This document shows, piece after piece, positions 52,593 through 64,000 of a DNA stretch of 64,000 bases. Made by a program: the position numbers and the translations under genes. The DNA comes from Vicugna vicugna. Its lineage: Eukaryota. Position 1 is the stretch's first letter, and every line of letters begins with the position of its first letter. The notes below the pieces were generated by a model. That model did not search any database. It was not told the DNA's origin and worked only from the letters and a program-made list of their open reading frames with translations. The stretch is taken from NCBI GenBank assembly GCA_013265495.1, contig MU057744.1, forward strand, positions 186,001-250,000, read 5' to 3'.

Positions 52593-54079
52593 TTATCTGG
52601 GGTAAGGTTGTGAGTTTAAAACGTTTGTGATCTTATACAAAAGAGACTCCATATAACTAGAACAGTTGAAAGTATAATTATATGTATGGGGGGTAGTGTT
52701 TAAAATATCCCTCTTACCAGAAAAAAAGTAATCGTGTTGAATTCTAGCAGCGAGAAAGGTTAACCGTCCGTGGGGGCTCTCCATCAAGTCCACCACAGCC
52801 ATTTCGCGTCGCATAAAGACAACCAGACAACACACCTGTTCTGAGGCTACTGTGCTCTGACCCAACACAGAGGTTCACCCAAAGAACTGTGTCAGCAGGT
52901 TAACCAAGATTCCTTCCTGGTCAACACCAGCCCTGTTAGTTGTATATCACCAGAAAAAAACTCTTACTTTCTCTTTTTGTTTTGCTTCTCTGATTACAGT
53001 CAAAAATATAGACCATCTCAGAGGCTAAAACAAAATGCTTTTAAATAGCACCTCCATGCCAAAAGGGAAACTGAAACTACTAAATTATCATTCCTTTGTT
53101 TAGCAAACAGAACAGTATTCCAGTTGTCAAGGCAACAGCCACCTCACAGTTATCCCGGCACTGCTTAGACAATTATTTTTCTAGTCAATCTACCAAATGC
53201 CTGAACTGGCACCTGAAAACCACTGAATTCCATGGGAACACTAAAAAGCAGAAGCAATTTTTAAATTAGCTATTGGTGGATAATAACCCTTCAAGAAGCC
53301 AAAATGCCGTAGAAATATGTGGCATAAGCACCCAATCGAATCAACAGTAATATCTAATGTGACTTGGGCTACACCAAGTATGTAAAATAAGTTTTAGAAA
53401 GACTGTAGTTGAATCAATTCTCCAAATGGCTAATGTCGACACCGCCTAGGAAATATTCAGTTATTCAAAATCTATTTTTAAAAAAGCAAAACATGCTAGA
53501 TGACATTTTATCGAGGTAGGTTTTTAGAAAGAGTAAGCATTCGAACTGGTTACTAATAAGGCAGTGCCAATGCAGCCAGGAGAACCAGAAAACAAGAGTA
53601 TCAAATTTGATGCTAAAACCCTCAATAAATAAATGTATTTAAACACACGGTGTGACAATAAATCTAAGAAAACAATTTTTTTCTACATAACAATCTCAAA
53701 GAGGCATTAAAACAATAATGAAAATAATTCTAACGAATGAATGAAAAACACTCACACCCATATATCAAAGGGTATATATATCATTTTAAAACTAAGCTTA
53801 AAATTAAAATGCATGAGTTCTTGAGACATACTAAAGAATGAGTAGATTGAGGAAATAAAACTGTGTAATCTAACTTTAAAATCTTCTCTGGAGCCATTTC
53901 CTCTCCTCTTCATGTGGCTCTAAGGACACGGGGTAGTGAGGGGTCAGAACTGGGGACAGGAGGTAAGAGACACATGATGGGTATACAAGGCTGTGAGGGG
54001 ACCAGGTGGAAGCACAGCGAGCCCTGTGGCTGAGCCCGGGGTGAAGCTAAGAAAGGGTGGAGGAAATGAGGTACACAGC

Positions 54080-55560
54080 TGGAAGAGACGTTACAGCAAC
54101 TAAATAAGTAAACTGAACGATCAGATAAATCAATATCCTAAGGATAGCTGGGGTCATGCTTCTCACTGACAAATTTAAAAGGAAGGAAGGAGAAAGGTTA
54201 AAATGAAGTTTAGGGTACTGGACTCGAATTAGAAACATAAATTCATGGTTGTATTACATGCACACATACAAACACAGCAAAATGAACAAGTAGTTACAGG
54301 TGCATGTGTACAGGCATATGTACTTGTATGTGCATACATATACATCATATAGTTTTGTAACTATGTCCACCAAGAAGGCCTAAGAACAACTGACAGCCCA
54401 GTGACAAAAAGTGCACCAATGGCCTGTATATTTTTATTTCTAAAACTCATACAGAGATCCTTAGAGAAATGGCTAATTTCAAAGTTGAGCAGGGAAAGTA
54501 CAAGAAGAATCTAAAACATCTTGTACCAGAAAGTAAGGAAGTGCTCAGTGAATGATGGGGACATTTCAAAGGGACACAGGAGCCACACTGAAGGGGCTCC
54601 TACCAGCCAAATGGGGGGAAATTCGTGTATCATAATCAGTATTGGCTGTCCTGTTATCCCATTAGGCATATATGTATATGTCAACGCTGAATAACTTAAG
54701 ATGTGTGCACTCCACGGTAAGCAAATTATACTTCAGCTCTAAAAATTAATGATAATAACAAATTACAATCTATACAATAAAAATGGCATCCATGAGTCCG
54801 TATTGACAAATGAATGAAAGAATGATGAATAAATAAATAAATGCAGAAAATGGAAATGCAGAAAGAGGAAATCTCCCCCTTACAGTAAAATGTCAACAGA
54901 TGCAGCAGGAGTGATAGAAACAGAGTCATCTTTCGGCAACCATCATAAAGGTGACTGATTTCACAGAGTTATCAATAGATGCTAAATGGATGACTAAAGG
55001 TTGAAGAACAGGACACTGGCATATTCCTGGAACACTACTCAGTTATCAGAGGTGGAATGATGTGATGTACGGAGGACAAAAGAGCATCCTTTCTGCAGTA
55101 CACCTGCCAATGGAGACTTTAACAAAGAGAAAAATTGGGGAGATTTATAGAATGTAAGATGCGCATTCCTTAAGACTCTAAAGGATCTGAAAAATACGGA
55201 AAACTGGGAAAGAGTTTCAGATTGAAGCAGTCTGAAGAGACATCATAATCAAATGCAACTTGTATTCCTAGATTAAACATGGACCAGAAAAAAAAGGAGA
55301 CACATTATTAGGAGAGTTGGTAAAATTTGCAAGGGGTCTGAGAATAATGCCGACTTCCTAGATGCAGGACAGGTAGAAGAGTGCCCTTTTTGTTGGGAAT
55401 TACACTCTAGAGTATTTAGGGTGACAGGACATCACGTCTGCAGCTTGCTCTCAAAAAGTGCGAAGATAATGAGAACAGGCCCATCTACATGTACACACAT
55501 ATATATATGATATGAATTATTTGTACTGTAAATTTGAAAGTATATGAAAATAAATTTAAA
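54080..55560 (+). mobile_element. Old L1MC-type 3' region
   Basis: gatccttagagaaatggctaatttc...gcagggaaagtacaagaagaatctaaaacatcttgtaccagaaagtaaggaagtgctca...gggacacaggagcca resembles L1MC3-like 3'UTR. Confidence 0.75.
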
Positions 55561-55666
55561 GTAGTACATACTTATGGGGCATTTGCATATCTTTTTTTAT
55601 GAATTATTCATGTATGTTCATTACCTAACGAGATTGTAAAAGTTCTTGCATATTAAAAAAAAATCA

Positions 55667-55860
55667 CAAGGTCCTATTGTACAGCACATGGAATTATATT
55701 TAATATCTTTTAATAGCCTATAACGGGAAAAAATCTGAAAAAGAATATATATGTATATATATACAACACATATGCATATTGTACCTAAATCACTTGCTGT
55801 ACACCTGAAAAAAACACAACATTGTAAATCAGCTATACTTCAATAAAAATTAAAAAAAAA
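55667..55860 (+). mobile_element. Short artiodactyl-type L1 3' end
   Basis: caaggtcctattgtacagcacatggaattatattt...gctgtacacctgaaa...cattgtaaatcagctatacttcaataaaaa; ttaaaaaaaaatca-like repeat on both sides. Confidence 0.85.
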
Positions 55861-57409
55861 ATCAACCCTTCCCTCCAAACATAAAAATCTTCTCTAGATG
55901 CTACCAATATTTCCTAATAGTCTTTCTAAAATTTAAATTACTTTAAGGTAATAGAATCACAAATTATTCATAAGTAAATTTTTGACCCACATCTATTAAC
56001 CAGAGAGATACCTACATATTGACAGATACTAACAGAAGGGTGTCTGCATATTCCTGGACATTTAAATAACTCAGAAGAGACATTCTAACTAGAATGTTCA
56101 TCATCAACAAAGAAGTTAAAAGGACATTTATTAAGTGCCTGCTGTATTTAAGACATTATTCCATGCACCAAAGCTGCAAAGGCATTTTCCTCATGTAACA
56201 AAAAGGTAGCCAATTCATTCTGCCCTCAGAAGAGGTTAACCTTATTTGTTATCTTGTTAGTGAGGTCCAAACCTTATTCAAATGAATCTGCTTTAATGTA
56301 ACATCACTGGCAGAACATACTATGCTCATTTATAGTATTTAAACTTTAATAATCTGGAAATTAGAGGAGCCCTAGTGTACAGCCAGTTCAAAAATCAGAA
56401 TTACAAAGGAAAACCATGAACTGGCATTGTTACGGTTTATCTCTATCTCAGCATGTTAGTGATATCCACAGGCATGAATCAGGAGCAATGATAAGCAGGA
56501 CATTTTGAAATGTCACAAGCTGAGTCCTTAGCATACATCTAGAAAACATTTTCTATGAGTTTGCTTACTTATCAAGATCAATAATGATCCTTAAAACTCC
56601 CCATCAACTAGGTTTTTTAGGTGACTTAAAAATCTATTACACTTTTCTTCTACGACTAATAAAAATAATAACAGAAAACTTAGGGAAAAAATCAGATTAG
56701 CAAAAGCATCATTCTTCTGAGAGAGGACTATTAGCATACCATTCCAGACACTTTCCCCTGGCAAAATACTACCAGACAGATGCAGGTAGTTTGATCAACC
56801 ACTCTTACTTCGTTGTAAATTTTTATTTTTTGCTTAATAAAGCCTGAGTATTCCTCCGTATCTTAAATGTCATTGTATACAGCGATCACTAACCGCTATA
56901 TAGTTTGACTTGTGCTGCACCAACCTTTACGCACTTACTTCTTCATGACTGCAGTAAGAGCAACGCAGGTAGGAAGGAGTGAGAGAAGAGGGGTGGCTGG
57001 GACAGAGAATGACGAGGAGATGAGAATAAAGACAGGTGGGTGGTAGGGAGCAGAAGCAGAGAGAACAATGAAGAAGCAAATCCCGTGGGCTTGGGTTTGG
57101 GCCCTGGTCATCAGCTTTCTGGATGCAAGCCACCTCCTATTTGTCATACAGTTTCAGAGTGGCTGCTGTCTACATGAACTTCCCAACGTACAGTTTAAGA
57201 CCCTAGCAAATTTGAAAATTCTCTGGCTTTGGAACCAGAGAAATTGCAATTAATTTACTTAACAACTTTCTGTCTTGAAGTATGTCACCCCACCACTTCG
57301 GTCTTGGTTTCCTTTCTGTAGATGGATCTTGTAGGGTGCTTGCAAGTTTTCAATTAAATTAAGTAGTCTCTTTAGAAGACTGACAGGTCCTGGGTAAATA
57401 CTCAGCAAA

Positions 57410-57496
57410 TATTAGATTAAATCATATGAAATTGCTATTTTTTAATAAATCAGAAAAAGGCCAAATATTGGCAATTTTATATGGTTCAATCTAATA
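57410..57496. mobile_element. MADE2 (mariner-derived MITE) with terminal inverted repeats and TA ends
   Basis: tattagattaaatcatatgaaattgc ... gcaattttatatggttcaatctaata; arms match at 23/26. Confidence 0.88.
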
Positions 57497-58324
57497 CTGA
57501 TTTCTGATTTTCTCCATTTCTTTTAAGCAGCTGGGAAGCCAGAGACCAACACCCAAGACACGTCTAATAGTCCTGTTCCATGATCTACTCAGCCCCTGCT
57601 CCTGCTTTACTGCCCATGAGCAAGACCCAGCTTTGCACTACTGATCTCTCTGGGGCTCCACCCGTATTTCTCCCTGTTGCCGCCAGATCACTGGGCCACA
57701 AACTGAGCTCTGGGTCCTGGCCAACAACACTGGCCCCATTATACCACTAGAGGAGCCATGGCTAGTTTCTCCTACCTGCCGGCTGTCTGCCCACCAACCA
57801 AGCTTTTATCCTGTTTTATATTCTCAAGAACATGACCTTGAAAGAAGCCTTTGAAAGGAAACAATAATCTTTGGCCAAATCTAGTGGCCAAAAGAAATTG
57901 ACCCACATGGTATGTAATAAATATTTCAAGTCACAGAATTCACTTTAATTTCAGAGGGCTAATATATTAACCTCTTTTGTAACCAATGCCACAATACTCA
58001 TGGCTATTCTATAGACTGGCTTTGCTTGTCCTAAATGGATATAAACATTCTGTAAAGGTGAGTGTTTTACACTATATTTTAATGATTTGTATCTGTTTTC
58101 TCTTGTAGACTGAGCAACTTTAAGGCAGAAAGAACATCTTATGTATCTTTAGATGTCCTGTTCCTAGAATTACACTTACATATAGGAGGAATTTACAAAC
58201 CATTTATTGAACCAAAGTTACATACATATTAGTTAATCCCTGCTAAATGAGATTTCTCTTAAGGTAAAAATTATTTATATTTCAAAAACATCTTATACTG
58301 GGAGGTATTTTATATATTGAGAGA

Positions 58325-58465
58325 TCAAAAGCATAAACTCTGGTATCAAAAGTATCTGAGTCCAAACTCCAGGGCTGTAGCTTACTAGCTATATGAACTT
58401 TAGGACATGTTACTTAATTTCTCTGAGCCTAACTTCACATATGTGAAGTGTGGTTATAATAGCAA
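58325..58465 (+). mobile_element. MIR SINE
   Basis: ctgagtccaaactccagggctgtagcttactagctatatgaactttaggacatgttacttaatttctctgagcct. Confidence 0.8.
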
Positions 58466-59196
58466 TGTGAATGTATAATATGTATTTATATATGTTGTTT
58501 ATGTAATATGGATAAAATATATAATAAAGTTGTGACCTGTTACATACAAAATTACATCATATGCTAATAAATTTAAAACGCTATTTATAACTTATCAGAT
58601 GACCAAATTCTTACAATTAAAAAAGTCCACACAGTTTTATGAAGAAAATGCTGCTAATGTGACAAGAATCAATTACCAGATTATTTCTCTTAACAAAGAG
58701 ATACGTTCTGGCAATACGCTTTGCCAACAAGAAGCTGATTATACCGACAGCCATCCACCTGATCCAAACTGTGCCAAACAGGCTCCCTGTCCCAGGGATT
58801 TAAAGCTAAAATGCTTATCACTTTGTCAGCAGAGCAAGGTGATACAGCCTGTGCTAGCCATTTTCTGACACATGTAGGGAGAAGCAGAGAAAATTGGTCT
58901 GCAAAGAGGAAGAGAAATAAAGAAAAACAAAAGAATAAACAGATGTGTAGAGAAAAAAAGGAACACATACGAGACTGTGTGTCCTCTGCGTGACTGAGAG
59001 AACAGCCAGCCTCAGTTCCTGCTAGCTGCCCAACTCTGAAGTTCAATTTCTCCTCAAATTTGACCAGGCTTTCTGCTCTCGGGTACTCGGTACCTATCAT
59101 ATAAATTCTCTTTTCTGCTTTTGATAATCTGAAATGGTTTCTATTATCAATAACCAAAATGGTCTTGATTAAAACCCATCAGAAACTTATCAAAGG

Positions 59197-59325
59197 TGGG
59201 GGACGATACAGCTCAGTGGTAGAGTGCATGCTTCCATGCACGAGGTCATGGATTCAATCCTCACTATCTTCATTAAATAATACATAAATAAACCTAATTA
59301 GTCCCCTCAAAAAAAAAAAAAACCA
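59197..59325 (+). mobile_element. tRNA-Ala-derived SINE (Vic-1 type) with 16-bp TSD
   Basis: gatacagctcagtggtagagtgcatgcttccatgcacgaggtcatggattcaatcc...aaataaacctaatta..ccc-A tail; agaaacttatcaaagg (59181-59196) and agaagcttatcaaagg (59326-59341). Confidence 0.9.
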
Positions 59326-60039
59326 AGAAGCTTATCAAAGGAGACAAGATGTAATCACCATCCTATAAATATTTATTGAGCATGAATAATGTCCTGGGCT
59401 ATTTAGGACTTAGATCCTATTTTTACAAATATTAAGCCAATTCCAGGTTAAAATTTTAAGCTAAATTTTCCCCATATACAAAATCCTAGCAGAGCAGTAA
59501 GGAACAATGAAATATGGACATACAAAGCAAAAACTACAGGTTTTTAAAAGGTCATCAGGTCACCACTATAGCAGTAGTAGCATTAGAAAACAGTAGTAAA
59601 ATACCACCTCTGGCTCCCAATTTTCAAAAATCAGCCTTTACTACATAGGTCTGGCCCTACAATATCAAATTACTAAAAATATATTTATACTTAAAGAAAA
59701 AAATCTCTATTTTCAACAGGCTCTTTTATTTTTCCCTTCAGATTTTTCAAAACTTAGAAATATCTTACCAAATCAGAAGAAAAAACAGAGCATTAACCAA
59801 GAATAAAGCAGGAAGAGTAACTGTTCAATAAAATGCTAGCTAAGCTGAATAAGTGAGCAAGCGAATCCATCAGTCAAACCAAGTCAAAACTGGACTGTCA
59901 GTAGGCAGTTCCTGGCTAGGTGCCCAGAACACTCAAAAACCAAAATATTTTTCCTGTCTTCAAAATTCATGGTTCAGTCAGAGAAAATAAGCAAAAGAAC
60001 ACATCAAATGTTTAAAGATAAGAGAATTTTCCCTCTATG

Positions 60040-60175
60040 AGTTCAAATTAATCTATTTATTCATTTACTAATTTTTTTATAGTCCACATATAAGTGATAG
60101 CATGCAGCATTTGTCTTTTTCTGTCTGATTTGTTTCTTTTAGCATAATGCCCTCCGGGTTCAGCCATGTTGTCAG
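60040..60175 (-). mobile_element. L1 fragment (ORF2 end / 3'UTR)
   Basis: tccacatataagtgatagcatgcagcatttgtctttttctgtctgattt...tagcataatgccctccgggttcagccatgttgtc. Confidence 0.8.
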
Positions 60176-61974
60176 AACGAACTTTTTAAAAACTAAGTCT
60201 TCAAGGTCTGTGATACTGTGAAGACTAATTGGCCACATTTAACATCATATGTTCCAGCTATAATTTGGATTGGGGGTGGGAAGTTGTCAAAGCCTTTAAA
60301 TTAAAATCTCAGAAACCTCAAAAGTAATTTGATATACAATTTTGAAAGATTGCACTAAAAGTAGGATTTTAATCTTATATGAAAAAATTAACTACTAGTC
60401 TATTAACCTACTACTCTTCTCACTGAACTGAATACTTCATGAATAATTAACCTAAATACTGGTTAACCAGAGTATATATATTTCATTATAATACAAAGTT
60501 AGCTACTTGGAATTGCTCTAGGAAAACAGTAATTTCAAAGAACGAAATCACAATAATACATTGTGCTTGCCTCCTATGGAGTCTCAATTTGTATTGAAAC
60601 TATCACTAGAACTGGAAAGACCTTTCTGATACATCTCACCAAAAGAATCCTCTTTTTATATTATAGGTTATTAGTCTACAACACAAGATAAACAGTGACA
60701 TTAAAAGCAACAATATATGAGGCTTTTTTAAAGCCTTATTTTTGAGTGTGCATATTTTAGGGAGTTTTGTGAGTGGGTGTGTTTTGTTTTGGTTTTAGTT
60801 CATTTGTTTTTCTCCTGATCATCATCCCAGCAACTTTCAAGTTTTTATTGGTGGCACCAAATGGCTTTACTTGGTTGGCCTCACACTAAATGGAGATTCT
60901 GTTTTGCAGAAGGTATTTATTCACCTAGGACCAAGAGAAATAATTTCAGAACAGGTGTACAGAAATACACTTAGGGCAAAATTCTATCTCCTGACTCTCC
61001 ACATGCACCCAATCTTACTGCTAGATCATACTGGTAGTCTTCTGAGTCACCAGAAATTACTGTTACACTAGAGCTGATAAACAACAGTTCCTCCTGCACT
61101 TTAAGAACTGAGTATTTCCCCTTTCCCCACCGCACAGTCAGTTAAGTAAATGAACACAAGGTATCGTTAGTGAACCCAGGGAGGAGGGTCACACTCTATG
61201 CAGGGTTGTATGACAGCCCCTCCAGGGTACTCGATTTTTGCCTTCTTTCAGTGGGTTCTGAGAACTAAACAGACTCAATCTCAAGGCATTCTAACACGAT
61301 AGCTTACATTAGATTGTTCATTATTAGACGTGGACTTTAAAAAAATTATACCAAAGAGTTACTAGGTTGCTTACCAACATAGGGATCCTAGGTGGATCAG
61401 AACACTCTCAGAATTTCATTATGAAACCTGCCTTCCAGCCTACTGTGATGACCATGGCCCCCTTGCCACCAGCTAAACTCTGCTACCTTAGGATTCTCTG
61501 ACTCCACTAAAGTCATGAAAAATATTTCAGCGGCACTCCCTTCCTTAAGCATTCCCAGCTGGGAAGAAAAGCCAATAAACCCCTTAAGTTCTAGCATTCC
61601 CTTGCTAACCCATGTTCCCCCAGAAAATAATGAAGAGAGAATATACCAGTCTGTAATTACCCAAGAGACATGATTAAATTCTAAGTGATATGGGGAAGAT
61701 TCACTGAGCACACAAAAATAAAGAATTTCATTTATATTAAAAATAGGTAAGTAAGCTTTTCTAATAAATATTTCTAATGTTCATCTTCATGAGCCATGTG
61801 TCCTACGAACATTCTGCGAGAAAAGCAGCAGGTGCACAACACACGGGAGTAGACGAAGGTGCCGTCAACTGTTCGCTCACTTTCAGTGCCCTGTGGTAGT
61901 CACGCCCTTCTATGTAAATTCTGATCATTCTTGCATATATAAGACTGTGGATTACACTATAAACTAGAAAAGAA

Positions 61975-62160
61975 GTTTTTAAAATGTGTCCTGAGGACCA
62001 ATAGTACCAATATCACCTGGGAACTTGTTACAAATGCAAATTCTCAGGCCCTACTCCAGGCATCCTGTATCAGAAACTTGGGGGAGGGAATCAGCAATTT
62101 GTGTTTTAGAAAGCCTTCCAGAGAGCTCTGATGCACCCCAGAGTTTGAAAATCAATGCCC
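61975..62160. mobile_element. MER5A (hAT-Charlie MITE)
   Basis: atcacctgggaacttgttacaaatgcaaattctcaggccctactccag...tcagaaact...tgtgttttagaaagccttccag...ctgatgcac..agtttgaaaa. Confidence 0.85.
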
Positions 62161-62504
62161 TAGAGGTTATTTCTCTAGGTCCTCACTGGAACTTGTAATA
62201 GATAAATGCAACAACTGTTTGGTTTCCAGACCAATATAATATGAGTACCATGGAAGGAATGGCGAAAGTGAAAGCCATCTGGGGGAGTTTGGCTACCATT
62301 TACCAACCTGAGAGATGATGGGAAGGTGATAATGAAAAAATATTTAATATACACACAGAATGAAATAAGACAATGAAAGCAGGCTCATTTAAAATAAAAT
62401 AATACAGAAAAATGGTTTAAGAAGATTATAGCAAAGAAATAAAAAACTGAAATAAAAATATCAACGCAAAAAGTAAAACTAAAAAAAGTGAAAGGCAAAA
62501 CTTC

Positions 62505-63039
62505 TCTACAGAAAAGAGTTACCGCAGCAGGCCTGACTGCTATTTTTGGCCTGCTTGCAAGGTTGGCCCTTGGATCACAACTGGGAATTTACGGGGATTT
62601 CAGGAGAGTTTCCACAATTAATAGACAAGAGCAGCTCACTGCGCCTACACTGTATGCACATGTGACACACTTTATGCTCAACACCCGCTTTCACTCTCAG
62701 AGTTGGGATCTGGGGTGTGCGTCAGGTACGGGGTCTCTCTGTGACTGGCTCCCCCTTAAAAGCCCTGGATGCTGTACCACTAATGAGCTTTCCTGTTGGC
62801 AACAGTTCTTCTATGTTGTCACAATTCATTGCTAGAGGACTTAAGTGTGCCTATGTGACTACTGAGAGAAGACTCTGGAAGCTTGCACCTGGTTTCCCCA
62901 AGACTTCACCCCAAACATCTTTTCCTTTCGCTGATTATACTTGGTGTTATTTTGTTGTAACAAACCACAGCCCAAGTACAACCACACACCGAGTCCTGTG
63001 AGTCCTCTCAGCCAAGTGGACTTGAGAACTCCCAACACA
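62505..63039 (+). mobile_element. Solo ERVL LTR, MER68-like
   Basis: cagaaaagagttaccgcagcaggcctgactgcta...ggcctgcttgcaaggttggcccttgg start and gagtcctgtgagtcct...cccaacaca end match the recalled MER68 consensus. Confidence 0.8.
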
Positions 63040-64000
63040 CTCTGACTTCAGTTATGAGTTCTCTGACAGTCACATGGCAGGGCTAAAAACACTGACCATC
63101 ACCAAATCTGACAGGCCTCTATTTTTCTTACTTGACCCATTAATACAAGATTTTAATATTACTTTATTTCCGTTTTCTTATTCTTTTTACCATATCCACT
63201 AAGTGTGACTTGAATTACATGCTCAGCCCTTGGCCAGTGAAGGGCAGGGCACCTACGCTGACAGTCCATCAGGGAACTTGGTATGCTGCCACCAAATGAG
63301 GGCAGAATACACACCAGGCAGGCCCAAATAGGAGACGACCGCTAAAACCAGGCTCTTCAGCAAACACAAAATTTACTTCAGGCATGTTGGGGAAGCACTT
63401 CAAAGAAGACAGTCATGATCTTCCACTTGAAACTAAGTTTATGGAGTCCTGAGTGACACCTAATTGTTAGTTAATATGTTAAGACATAAAAACAGAAAAA
63501 AACAAAGTGGTTTCATATGTAAAACCAAAATAAAAAGTCACAGGCTCTGGAGATAGGAGGGACGACTTGCCATCAGGCTGCTTCTCACCAGGGCAACCCT
63601 AAACAGCACACGTCTCGGTGAGCAGAATCTACTATGTAGCTTAGTGGTCGGCAACTCTGAGGAGGACGGGTAATATCTCATAAAAAGCTATTTTTTATAC
63701 CATTTAAAAGACCAAGGAGAAATGCTAGAAATATTAGAGACATACAAATGAAGAGAAAGTAATAGATTACAAATCATGTTAGATATCAATAATGTAATAA
63801 TTTTCAGGCACAAAAATGGCCCTTAAGACTTTCCTACTTGAGGTGAAATATCAGCCCAGGGATATACACCACGATTCAGGAGAAGAGGGATCTAATGTGA
63901 AACAAAGACAAACACTGAAATACTAGAATTAAGTGGCGTATTTGGAGGAGTCAAAGTCATCAAAAGCACAACCACTATGTAAAGCATAATGGTGCCTAAC

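Noticed and set aside
58690..59157. 155-aa minus-strand ORF
   Set aside because: No domain similarity, low-complexity F/L/S stretch, and no fit to the ARID4B exon chain.
49185..64000. ARID4B start-codon exon or promoter
   Set aside because: No CpG island and no ATGAAG|gt exon seen. The region reads as repeat-rich intron.

Overview
Mammalian genomic DNA covering the middle of ARID4B (SIN3A/HDAC co-repressor subunit) on the minus strand. Fifteen consecutive coding exons (49184 down to 3714, 1829 nt, all GT-AG, phases join into one open frame) correspond to human exons ~3-17 (numbering from memory). They encode the double Tudor, RBB1NT/PWWP-like, ARID and the start of the chromo-barrel domains. 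The ATG exon and the 3' exons were not found and appear to lie outside the window. The introns are AT-rich and repeat-dense: a ~6.3 kb full-length but dead L1 antisense to the gene, several 5'-truncated L1s with TSDs, three tRNA-Ala-derived SINEs of camelid Vic-1 type (suggesting alpaca/llama/camel), MIR, L2, hAT/mariner MITEs and a MER68-like solo LTR. The most unusual signals are: (1) exon 6 with 26/27 G/C-ending codons inside a local CpG burst but an apparently unchanged peptide (GC-biased gene conversion-like scar); (2) a candidate 9-nt in-frame microexon with a consensus donor just before the ARID domain; (3) two candidate poison exons; (4) a composite L1 bounded by one 15-bp direct repeat. 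I found no evidence of a wholly new gene system. Repeat family names come from recalled consensus sequences and repeat boundaries are approximate unless TSDs are given.
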